A DNA stretch of 26,787 nt from NCBI RefSeq assembly GCF_006345805.1, contig NW_021834715.1, positions 1 to 26,787 on the forward strand, in the 5' to 3' direction. The position numbers and the translations under genes were made by a program. The stretch comes from Octopus sinensis (lineage: Eukaryota). Of the stretch, positions 11,879 to 21,643 are shown piece after piece. The notes beneath the pieces are model-generated. The model had not been told where the DNA came from. It made no database searches and saw nothing but the letters and a program-made list of their open reading frames with translations. Position 1 is the first letter of the stretch. Each line of letters begins with the position of its first letter.

Positions 11879-11944
11879 CGTTACTACCGTTTTCAACCCC
11901 GGTAGGAGCTTCCTCCAGCTGGTTATCGATGTAAACTGCACCTG

Positions 11945-12095
11945 ATATATATTGCAAGTAGGGGAGCGATCCCCTATCATCTTCTAGCAGATGACGGAAT
12001 CGCCAGACCGTATGGTTTCGGGCTCTTGTGCCCATCCTCATTGGTGAAAACCCGTCCGCTACAGACAGCAGTAATTTGCTCCAGCGATATATATA
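11945..12095 (-). mobile_element. TA-flanked hairpin mini-element M1 carrying a type I hammerhead
   Basis: Termini TATATATTGC / GCGATATATA; internal HHR 12000-12047; extended stem I 11986-12060; perfect hairpin TAGGGGA-GCGA-TCCCCTA at 11959-11976. Confidence 0.55.
12000..12047 (-). ncRNA. Type I hammerhead motif with C3>A substitution
   Basis: TCACCA-ATGAGGA-T-GGGC-acaaga-GCCC-GAAA-CC-atac-GG-TC-TGGCGA. Stems II and III perfect, GUC triplet, stem I 5/6 bp. Confidence 0.7.
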
Positions 12096-13578
12096 CAATA
12101 TTTCATAGAAGTATGTACACCCCTAAAAAATTTCAGTAAAATTACCATTACTCTGATAATACCTAAGGAAATCAAACGAAATATTTACTGAATAAGATAT
12201 TTTATACATGCAAACATTATGCGAATTTGGAACATAAAACAATAAACATTTTCAAAGATATAAACGAAATATTAATTTTCAAACGTAACAAAAATATGTA
12301 CACCCTAAAGGATTATTTGTTATATTCAAAATTTGGTGGAACTGTCCTTGCTTTCAATGACTGCATCAAGTCATCTGGGCATAGAGTTGACTAAATTTCC
12401 GCATATAACCAGTGAAATCGACCTCCATTCATTCTGAATGATGTCTTTCAACTGTGTTACATTGCGGGTTTTTTTCTCCTCAACCTTCCTTTTCAAAACA
12501 CCCCCATCTAGATGTTCTATTGGTTTTAAATCAGTAATACCTTTACCTTTTTATCTGATAAAAACTTAGTCGTCGTCTTTGAATTGTGTTTAGGGTCACT
12601 ATCATGTTGGAACATAGAGTTTCTTCCTAGTTCCTTGATGCTTTTCAACATTGGTTTCTGCAATGTGTCATACTAAAGACTTGAATCCATTGTTCTCTCA
12701 ATAAATGTGAGTCTTTGCACACTAGCCGCACTCATGCATCCCCAAACCATAACTCTTCCGACGCCGTGTTTCACAGTAGGCATAGTACATTTGTCGCTAT
12801 TATCTTCACATGGTCGTCGCCATACTCGTTTAATACCATCTGTCCCAAACAAGTTGATTTTAGTCTCATCAGAAAAAAAAATTTCTAAAACTCCTACTCT
12901 TACACACATAGGTTTCGGCAATAGAAAGACGACTTGATTTATGCCTGGTAGAGAAGAGAGGCTTCCTACGAGGAATGCGTCCATGAAGACCACACTGGTT
13001 CAAACTTTGACGAACTGTTTGGGCGGATACACTCCACTAACACAAGACATTTCTTGGGTTAAAGATGAAGCAGTACGACGCCTGTCATCCATCACGCAAC
13101 GATGGATGTGTGATGAATATCACACGCAGTTAAAATAGAAGGATGACCTAGATGATGTTTATTGCTTAGCTGTCCAGTAGTTTTGTACTTCTGAATTACT
13201 TTGGCAACTGTGTTTACACTAATATGAATTCGTTTGGTAATTAACTGGTATCCTAAACCATTCTTGTGCAAATTAAAAATAATTTTCTTCAAATCTTCAG
13301 ACAATTCTTTCCTTTTGGTGCCATTTTAATCACAATGAAGAAAATTTTCACCACGGTTACCAAATCAGAATTCCTGCAGATGCAATAACAATGACAGGTG
13401 CAAAATGCCAGGGGAAATAATTTATTAGAATTGAAGCAACAATATTTATTGTTTTGTGTTCCATGTTTATATAATGTTTGCATGTATAATAAATTATATT
13501 CGGTAAAAATTTCGTTTGATTTCCTTCGATATTATCATAGTAATGGCAATTTTACTGAAATTTTTAAGGCGTGTACTG
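12096..13578 (-). mobile_element. Tc1-like DNA transposon (IR/DR-type long TIRs, TA target duplication), decayed
   Basis: Left TA|CAATATTTCATAGAAGTATGTACACCCCTAAAAAATTTCAGTAAAATT..., right ...AATTTTACTGAAATTTTTAAGGCGTGTACTG|TA. Inverted similarity extends roughly 150 bp. Inner direct repeat AAATATGTACACCCTA at 12292-12307. Confidence 0.9.
12326..13324 (-). pseudogene. Tc1 DDE transposase pseudogene
   Basis: MAPKGK.LSEDLKKIIFNLHKNGLGYQ (HTH), FSDETKINLFGTDGIKRVWRRP, TVKHGVGRVMVWGCMS, QHDSDPKH, DLKPIEHL, AVIESKDSSTKF*; frameshifts and stops. Confidence 0.92.
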
Positions 13579-13962
13579 TATACCAAAACAGGAAACTGAA
13601 AAAAATTTGGTTATGATTAATTCACCATTACACTTGTTTCATTTGCTAGTACAAGATACAAAATGGTAGATGTAATAGAAACATGATAAGTGTCTATTAG
13701 AAATTCTACAGAGAAACAAATAATGCGAAATTTACATTTGGATGCAGCCCTATTTATAGATAGTAATCAGGTATTCTGTACACAATCAGAGGGGAGAATA
13801 AAGAAGAAAACTAGTAATATAGAAGATATATGTGTGTGTGTGTGTGTATAAACATACAGAGACACATGTATATGCAAATAAGTACAGGTTCATATGCATG
13901 TATGAACACACACATGCATGCATACATACATACATACATACATACATACATACATACATACA

Positions 13963-13996
<34 letters not shown>

Positions 13997-14293
13997 CATA
14001 CATACATACATGTCTGTTTCTCACTTATCACCGCTTCACACTCGGTATTGGTTTCTTTATGTTCCCATAACAGTAGCAGTTCGGCACAAGCGATCAATCG
14101 AATAACTACAAAGCTTTAAAAAATCCACTAACCCTCCTCAGCGTGGTGGGTAATCTAAAAGATGCATGTATGTATGCATGTTTGCATGTATGTTTGTATA
14201 TAAACATGTGGATGAGTTTTCCCCTCCGCGTGTGTACCGTTGGCGATTTATTTTTCCTCTGTCTTCCCTTCTCTGGATTTTTCCTTTTCCTAT

Positions 14294-14328
14294 GTTTCTG
14301 ACGAAGAGCTCCGCTCGAAACGTTAAAC
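14294..14328 (+). ncRNA. Minimal (dimer-type) type I hammerhead ribozyme
   Basis: GTTT-CTGACGA-A-GAGC-tcc-GCTC-GAAA-CG-TT-AAAC. Core intact, stem I GUUU/AAAC, palindromic ACGU stem III, predicted cleavage after U14324. The host repeat ends at (TA)n about 14429. Confidence 0.72.
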
Positions 14329-14423
14329 CCTCCTTCTTTCCTTCTTTCCTGAGCGCCCAATAATACTATATTTGTTCCACATCCTCGCGTTGTTGTGCTT
14401 TCTCTGTGTTTTCGTGTTTGGAT

Positions 14424-14502
<79 letters not shown>

Positions 14503-15081
14503 GTATATGTGTGTATGTGTGTGTGCATACAAAGAACGCTATCCCCATGTGCTCTCGCCTTCTTTTATTCTTAAGGAATTTGTTTTAATGTACACTCAGT
14601 TCTCTTTTTGCACGATTTTGAAATAACACGGTCCAACGAAAAGAACCGTTTATGTTTTGCTCTCTCTCTTTTTTTTTTATTTACTTTAACACGGTTTAAA
14701 CATCTGTCCTTGTGTGACCACAGAATTTATTGAAGGTGGCAAGTAAACGATTAAGTAACGTCAATTCAATTATAATTTACGTCAATCAATTATAATTTAT
14801 ATAAACGCTGAAACTCTAAGTAACATGATGAGTACCACTTTGGCAAAGTAAACTAGAATCCAATCTATTTTTTCCGTATAGTGATCCCCAACTTTCTGGT
14901 GTGGGCGGGACCTATGCACTGTAAATACCTCTGGCTGCGTGTAACCGCTCCATCAGACGGCGCGCGGCGGCAGCCGTTAGCATCGGATCTAATACGAAAG
15001 ACGTGTCGCGTGTTTCATTCTCTGCTATATTTTTTATTTGCGATCGTGGTAGCGATAATCTACCCCAAGGTGTTTGTTGAT

Positions 15082-15372
15082 ACGTCTAAGAAAAATAAAA
15101 GAACATCAATTTCTTTGGAGGCCAAAATTAATATTTTGGACCGCCTTTGTAAGGGTGGAAATGCAGCGTCCTTTGATAGAGTGTTCTGCTTGAACGAAGC
15201 AACGATAAGAACGATCAAAAGGAATTATGCTGTCATTGGAGGATTTGTAGCTTCTGGAACAAAATTATCTGCCGAGTTGTCGTCAAATACAAGAGACATG
15301 ATTCAAGAGACAATGGAGGAAGCTTTAATAATATGGATAGAAGAAAACAATAAACAAAAAGGATACCTGTAG
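15082..15372 (+). pseudogene. Tigger/CENP-B-like transposase N-terminal HTH fragment
   Basis: KKNKRTSISLEAKINILDRL...LNEATIRTIKRN...METMEEALIIWIE-like motifs typical of Tigger N-termini. Confidence 0.8.
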
Positions 15373-15392
15373 AGAGTATTTCAGAGAATGTA

Positions 15393-15947
15393 TTGGGTTG
15401 TCCGGAAAGTTCGTGCCGATTTATAGAAGCTTATCTTTCGACTTATTTTAGAACATGATTGAGTCCATAAAATAAGATTTGACTACACCTCCACTTAGAG
15501 AAAAGTTTAAGCTATCTTTTCGTAGAAGAAGGTTTATGTTCCTATAACCTGTGTTAATTCTGTAACCCTTTAAAATGGAAGTTCATTTTCAGCACTTGAT
15601 GCTTTGGGAACCAGACAAAAATTGCTGCAGCTCGGCTGGGATGTGTTACCCCACCCTCCATATTCACCAGATATTGCTCCTTCGGATTTCCACTTATTCA
15701 GGTCTGCAGAATAGTCTTAATGGTAAAAATTTCAATTCTATGGATGACGTAAAAAGATACCTTGATGAATTCTTTGCCATGAAACCACCTCAATTCTGGG
15801 AAGAGGGTATTTTCAAGTTAAAGGAAAGATGGAGACACATTGTGCAACAAAATGGTTCATATTTGGTTGATTAAAAATGTAATGGCAAGTATTTATTGAC
15901 CTTTTTCTTTCCTTTAAAAATCGGCACGAACTTTCCGGACAGCCCAA
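15393..15947 (+). mobile_element. Internally deleted mariner element (555 bp) with TA target duplication
   Basis: TA|TTGGGTTGTCCGGAAAGTTCGTGCCGATTT ... AAATCGGCACGAACTTTCCGGACAGCCCAA|TA (30-bp TIR, 1 mismatch). N-terminal MEVHFQHLML joined to C-terminal WDVLPHPPYSPDIAPSDFHLF...LKERWRHIVQQNGSYLVD*. Confidence 0.93.
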
Positions 15948-16044
15948 TATATGGTTCCAAATTAGTTTATAGTAGTGATGACGAAGTGAAATTCTAGAAG
16001 GCCTCCAAAGAGCCAATAAACTTGGAAATCATTTACTTACAAAT

Positions 16045-16329
16045 GATAACAATATTGAACGAGCTGTGCAATTCCAACGTGATTTGAAAATGATTATGGC
16101 ACGTTATGAAGAATCATATAAAGAACTAACAAAAACAAAATCACAGCGTCTGATAACTGAATTCGTATTCAAAATCAGTGAAACAAAAGAAACACAAGAT
16201 GTTAATTTTATTCAAGATACACATGAAGACATATCGCCAGTAAATATTTCCAGTAACGACAGTGATTTTGAGCCACCGAATATCAATAGAAAGTGGGCAC
16301 GTTTACTGTCTAGTAGCGACACTGAATGA
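16045..16329 (+). pseudogene. Tigger-like transposase C-terminal fragment
   Basis: RAVQFQRDLKMIMARYEESYKELTKTKSQRLITEF followed by an acidic tail, lying just inside the right TIR. Confidence 0.65.
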
Positions 16330-16929
16330 CTGAATGATGATGTTATGTGTGTGTGTATGTGTATGAAAATTAACATCTTTTTTATTAATTACATTTGGAT
16401 GGAACGTATCTTTAATTTTCATATATACACTGTATATTTTTTTACACGGTTTTATTTTGCATGGTAGTCTCTGGAACCTATTCCCTGTACAAAAAGAGAA
16501 TTGAGTGTATATTGGCCCTTTCATCTATTTACTTGGACCTGCATTATGAAGAAGATACTTACGAGTAATTGCCCCTATCCGGTTCATGAAACGGACTTGA
16601 ACCATCTGAGTGTTGACACGCTTCGTCAAGGGAGCTAACTTTAAAAGCTTATCAAAGTTATTTCCCTTGAATAACATCTGTGGCATTTTTATGAATATAA
16701 TGAGGAGTCTACTATGATTGTTTAATTATTGAAGTTTTGTTCTTAGTGGAGTGAAGGAGGGTGGCAGCGGTGGAGGCGGTGGCGGTGGTGGAGGCTGCAG
16801 TGGTGGTGTTAGCGGCGATGGTGGTGGTAGTGGTAGTGGTGGTGGACATGGTGATTGTGACAGTAACGGCAGAGGTGGTAGCATTGGTAGCAGTTTGACA
16901 CTAGTAGTGTATGTCGCTTTTGTTGCCGT

Positions 16930-17338
16930 TATCAACGTGGAATAAGCCCACAGGTCCAAAATGGATGGACACTGTACAAGTGCGTGCAGAACGGTTTCGT
17001 CGCTCTGACCGTATCTCGGGCAAGTCGGTCCATTGTGTCTCGAACCGTGACTGTAGAGCTTATACCGAACAGGTAATGCTTCTCGATAGCCCACTATTTT
17101 TTCCCGGTTAATTTTTGCTCCCGTTACCGCTTCGTATCCTTTTAGTGTCTCGCCGACCAGGTCGATGTGCTTGTTGCTCGACACTATGATGGTGACGTCG
17201 TCCGCGTATCCAGACACGCTTCTCCCGCGTCCCAGCTCTCGTGGGATGCCCTTCAGCATCGCCAGTTTCCGCAGCAGTGGCTCAAGAGTCAATACATACA
17301 GAAGCGATGAGAGGGGGCATCCTTGACGAGCCGAACGC
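16930..17338 (-). pseudogene. Tx1/L1-like LINE fragment: RT core joined directly to C-terminal zinc knuckle
   Basis: RQGCPLSSLLYVLTLEPLL, YADDVT, TGAKINREK, then CPRYGQSDETVLHALVQCP. Confidence 0.9.
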
Positions 17339-17455
<117 letters not shown>

Positions 17456-17577
17456 TGATATTTTCTGTATCAACAGAAATGATTGGCGGCTTTGTATGGT
17501 GACTTCAACAATTAAAGATGTGGATTTACTTTATCCATATTTTTTGTTATATATATAATGTGGGTCTTGTTTGATAT

Positions 17578-17609
<32 letters not shown>

Positions 17610-17757
17610 CAAAGAGCAATAAAGATTCAAGTAATTTAAATGAATTTACTTGAATATGGTACCTAACTTAGATGCACCAAAAAAAACCATACTGATTTAA
17701 CAATACAGTAATGTGGGGTGATTATAAGCGAGAAAGAAGCAACAAGAATGGATAGGT

Positions 17758-17847
17758 TTTTAGTACGATCGTTTCATACAGGACAGGTTTTATTAAAAGT
17801 TGCAAAGATTACAGCATATAAACGAGTCCCGTACTCATCAGCTAAAA
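17758..17847 (-). ncRNA. Type I hammerhead ribozyme (left arm; bulge-free stem II)
   Basis: TTTTAG-CTGATGA-GTACGGGAC..41 nt..GTCCTGTAT-GAAA-CGATCG-TA-CTAAAA. 6-bp stem I, 9-bp stem II including GU pairs, palindromic ACGAUCGU stem III, GUA triplet. Confidence 0.82.
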
Positions 17848-18292
17848 TACATGTGAGTTCTCTAGACATCCTAGTGTTTGAGGCTATACTCATGAAGTAT
17901 GTAGATATTAATTAACATAAACAGATTTCTAAAGTTCATTAAAGTTCTTTAAAGATGATGTACAGTCTTATCACAGAATTTTAAAAAAGTTTTGATAGCA
18001 TCACAGAGAAGGTGACCTAATCCATATGAATTTCCATAGATATGATGAGGGATTATATACTCACAGAAGACAAATTTATCCATTGTTAATTACAACGAGG
18101 TGGGTCTCAATTCCTGCTTATTAGCATTACAGAGAGGGTGCTATCAAAACTTTTTTAAAATTCTGTGATAAGACTGTACATCATCTTTAAAGAACTTTAA
18201 TGAACTTTAGAAATCTGTTTATGTTAATTAATTATCTACATACTTCATGAGTATAGCCTCAAACACTAGGATGTCTAGAGAACTCACATGTA

Positions 18293-18383
18293 TTTTAGCT
18301 GATGAGTACGGGACTCGTTTATATGCTGTAATCTTTGCAACTTTTAATAAAACCTGTCCTTGTATGAAACGATCGTACTAAAA
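18293..18383 (+). ncRNA. Type I hammerhead ribozyme (right arm)
   Basis: Same as the left-arm copy with one extra U bulge in stem II; predicted cleavage after A18377. Confidence 0.8.
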
Positions 18384-18414
18384 ACCTATCCATTCTTGTT
18401 GCTTCTTTCTCGCG

Positions 18415-18469
<55 letters not shown>

Positions 18470-18545
18470 ATATATATATATTAGACAAAAGCAGATAACA
18501 AATGCTGTGAGGAGTTTTCAGGACATTTATAAGGAAAGAGATATA

Positions 18546-18593
18546 GTCTTACAGCTTTTTCTTGGATATTTTGGATATCCCTTCATCAGAGAC
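18546..18593 (-). ncRNA. Degenerate minimal type I hammerhead motif
   Basis: GTCT-CTGATGA-A-GGGATAT-ccaaa-ATATCC(AA)-GAAA-AAGCTG-TA-AGAC. Stem I GUCU/AGAC; stem III one change from palindrome ACAGCUGU; base of stem II mismatched. Confidence 0.62.
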
Positions 18594-18628
18594 GATGTGA
18601 GAGAAGTAAATGTTTGAGTTCGAAAAAA

Positions 18629-18930
18629 GGAATTATTATGGAAAAGAAGGAGATAGGGAAAATAGAAGGAAATAAGAGAATGAAAGTAGAAATAACATAT
18701 AAAATATTGTGGTTGCAGTTCCATTACTTTTTTACCACTTCTATACACCATTTTACTAATGGTGTATAGAAGTGGTAAGAAAGTTTCCTGTACATGGTAT
18801 ATAAATTTTGACCGTCGTTCTTGTTCAGTCATTTCAAAGTATGGAGCCGTGGATCCTGTGTTGCCCATTCGAATATATAGATCATTTTATATAAACTGTT
18901 AGGTGCAATGTGATACCATAAATGAGAAAT
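18629..18930. repeat. Direct repeat copy 1 (302 bp)
   Basis: Highly similar to 19740-20019; carries a 22-bp net gain from a local inverted duplication. Confidence 0.92.
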
Positions 18931-19035
18931 TCAATTGTCACTAAATGTGACTAAGGATGCCGAAGCACTTACGTTGCTAGAAATAAGAGCTAAAATACTA
19001 TTAAGGCTGTAGGAGGGACGCAAAATGTATACACA

Positions 19036-19174
19036 TATACTGACAAGAGAGGCAACCACTCCATGACCGACCTGGGGGTCCCCAGGCTAGGTATAGTTTC
19101 GCCTATGACTGTAGGCATCGTCAGTGAGGTTCGCTCGAACGGCGCAGGATCGGCTAATTCCCTCTGCCAGTATA
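19036..19174 (-). mobile_element. TA-flanked hairpin mini-element M2 carrying a type I hammerhead
   Basis: Imperfect terminal IR TATACTGACAAGAGAGG / CCTCTGCCAGTATA; GC-rich island in AT-rich DNA; HHR 19080-19129 at the apex of a long fold-back. Confidence 0.65.
19080..19129 (-). ncRNA. Type I hammerhead motif with U16.1>C substitution
   Basis: CCTCA-CTGACGA-T-GCCTA-cagtca-TAGGC-GAAA-CTA-tacc-TAG-CC-TGGGG. All three stems pair; the triplet reads GCC instead of GUC. Confidence 0.72.
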
Positions 19175-19739
19175 TATGTATTTACCATAAAAATTTATGG
19201 ATGATTTAGCGAAATGCTAATGCATAAAACAAAATTTAATAATGCATAGAAAATACTTGCCATTGCTACGTAATGAAATAACAGTCTTTGCAAGGGGCTG
19301 CTTTCAATTAAACTTAAGAAAGCTACGGCAACATCTCAGCTAGTATCATGGATGGTGAATGGTGATTTTTCAGGTATTTCATTTTTCACAAAAACTGTGT
19401 AAAATACAATAAATGGACCTTCTGAAGCATAAGAAGCTGTCCCAAGAACCTGTGGTATTTGAATTACGTTAACACATTCAAAAATCGGTGAGTCAAAGGG
19501 ATGCCGAAGATCCAAGGAAAGTTCCTTGGAAATGTCTGATGAGGAAGGTACCTAACTCTTTTTCATGTAGGGCCCACAAGTAACATTGTCCGACTATGTA
19601 AAATATCTGTAGGGGGCCCTGGTTGTCTCATCGGAGTTTCATTGCGTATATCTTGTTTTAAACTACAACGTTGAGTCTACAGTCAAAATATTCAATTCGT
19701 CCTTAGTCGAAAGACACCTGTTGTTATGTCCTGTTATTA

Positions 19740-20019
19740 GGAATTATTATGGAAAAGGAGGAGATAGGGAAAATAGAAGGAAATCAGAGAATGAAAGTAG
19801 AAATAACATATAAAATATTGTGGTTGCAGTTCCATTATTCGAGTAAAATGGCGTATAGAAGTGGTAAAAAAGTTTCCTGTACATGGTATATAAATTTCGA
19901 CCGTCGTTCTTGTTCAGTCATTTCAAAGTATGGAGCCGATGGTCCTGTGTTGCTCATTCGAATATATAGATCATTTTATATAAACTGTTAGGTGCAATGT
20001 GATACCATAAATGAGAAAT
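19740..20019. repeat. Direct repeat copy 2 (280 bp)
   Basis: Highly similar to 18629-18930. Confidence 0.92.
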
Positions 20020-20082
20020 ATATTATTATTATAGAACTCTGTAACTGGTATATGTTTAATATCAACATATGTTAATACGAGT

Positions 20083-20333
20083 GGAGGCGCGTGGCTTAGT
20101 GTTTAATGTGTTGAACTCATGATCATAAGGTTGTGCTTTCCATTCCTGGACCAGGCGATGCGTTGTGTTCTTGAGCAAAACATTTCATTTTCCTGTTGCT
20201 CCAGTCCACTCAGCTGGCAAAAATGAGTAATGCTGCGATGGACCGGCGTCCAGTCCAGGTGGCGAATTTCCACGCCACTGAAACCGAGAAACCTGTCCTT
20301 ATGAGTCTGGCATGGCTTGAGAAGGAACATTTG
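20083..20333 (+). mobile_element. tRNA-derived SINE family C
   Basis: GGAGGCGCGTGGCTTAGTG A-box-like head, decayed B-box, TTGTGTTCTTGAGCAAAACA and GCGATGGACCGGCGTCCAGTCCAGG motifs typical of SINE central domains. Confidence 0.65.
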
Positions 20334-20354
20334 TTTTTGTTTATGTTAACACAA

Positions 20355-20564
20355 AGGCGGTGAGCTGGCACAACCGTTAGCACACTAGGCAAAGTGTGTA
20401 GCGACATTTCGCCCGTCTCTACGTTCTTAGTTCAAATTCCGCCGAAGTCCACTTTGTCTTTTATCCTTTCCATATCGATAGAATAAGCACCAGTCGAGCA
20501 CTGGGCTCGATGCAGTCGACTTACCCACACCCCACAAAATTGCTGGCCTTGTGCCAAAATTTGG
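20355..20564 (+). mobile_element. SINE family B
   Basis: GGCGGTGAGCTGGCACAACCGTTAGC...TAGTTCAAATTCCGCC...GGCCTTGTGCCAAAATTTG. Confidence 0.8.
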
Positions 20565-20768
20565 AATAAATATATGTTAATACTTTTACATGTACACTTA
20601 CAGGCACACATACTTATATAGTTTTATATAACTGTGTTGTTTGTGGTGGGTATCTAGGATGTATGTCATTACTTACGTGAGCAATCAAATCCATCATCTT
20701 GTATGCATATATTCAAACATGTTTGTTTTCCCGATCTATCTATTTATCTATCTATCTATCTATCTATC

Positions 20769-20822
<54 letters not shown>

Positions 20823-21099
20823 TATATATGTGTGTGTGTGTGTGTGTGTGTAGTACGTTGCATGTGCGTTGGTGTATTTGCGTGAGTATTGGATAAGAGC
20901 CAAAACATCGATCAAAGTTAAGAGCAAGAAATCGAACAAATATTGATCTGAGATTAAGAATTATTGCGATTCTGCCGCCACAGATGAAAGAAGAAATCAG
21001 AGGAAACTACAAGAAAAACAGGTAAGATAGAGGAAATAATTTCAGAACTTAGAAACAACACCAAAATAATGCACCTATGACAAAAGAAGAATGATTTGG

Positions 21100-21180
21100 T
21101 AATAATAATAATAACGATGACGATGACGATGACGACGACGACGACAACGACGATGATGATGATGATGATGATGTTGATGT

Positions 21181-21238
<58 letters not shown>

Positions 21239-21280
21239 GATGATGATGATGATGATGATGATGAGAGGAGGAGGAGGATA
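21100..21280. repeat. (AAT)n/(GAC)n/(GAT)n/(GAG)n trinucleotide array
   Basis: Directly visible. Confidence 0.97.
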
Positions 21281-21577
21281 ATCCTTTCTACTATAGCCAT
21301 AAGGCCTGAAATTTGAGGTATATTCGATTACAATTCAACTGTTACTAATTTCATCGATTCCGAAAGGATGAAAGGCAAAGTCGACCTCGGCGGAATTTGA
21401 ACTCAGAACGTAAAGACGGACCAGATGCTGCTATGCATGTTGCCCGGTGTGCTAACGATTCTACCAGCTCGCAGCCTTCATAATCCTTTATACTATAGGC
21501 ACAAGGCCTGAAATTTTGGAGGAGGGGGCCAGTTGATTAGATCGACCCCAGTACACAACTAGTACTTATCGCCGCCT
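21281..21577 (-). mobile_element. Two adjacent internally deleted SINE family B copies (21281-21477; 21481-21577)
   Basis: Both carry the TTTCAGGCCTT tail; the first retains the B-box region, the second joins the 3' part to the 5' tip TCGCCGCC. Confidence 0.72.
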
Positions 21578-21643
21578 TAATAATAATACTAATAACTATA
21601 ACAACAACAAAAACAACAATAATAATAATATCTGATATTAGAG

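Larger units (their letters stand above)
14593..16507 (+). mobile_element. pogo/Tigger-like DNA transposon, internally deleted, with nested mariner
   Basis: TA|CACTCAGTTCTCTTTTTGCAC ... GTACAAAAAGAGAATTGAGTG|TA (TIR about 21 bp, 2 mismatches); transposase N- and C-terminal fragments inside. Confidence 0.85.
17610..18420. mobile_element. Fold-back hammerhead element 2 (inverted arms with 138-bp spacer)
   Basis: Arms 17721-18000 (280 bp) and 18139-18420 (282 bp); differences I found are two 1-nt indels and one substitution. Spacer 18001-18138; 111-bp one-sided extension 17610-17720; (TA)n on both sides; an HHR in each arm. Confidence 0.87.

Noticed and set aside
12866-12872. Minus-strand CTGATGA
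   Set aside because: Explained by the FSDET codons of the Tc1 transposase.
16608-16632. TTGACGA-A-GCGTG-tcaa-CACTC on the minus strand
   Set aside because: Core mutated and no GAAA; too degenerate.
19504-19545. 9-bp hairpin TCCAAGGAA/TTCCTTGGA flanked by CCGAAGA, GAAATGTC and CTGATGA
   Set aside because: Cannot build a stem I in either register.
20900-21027. Possible exon ending at CAG|GTAAGA
   Set aside because: Good donor but no polypyrimidine acceptor and no recognisable peptide.
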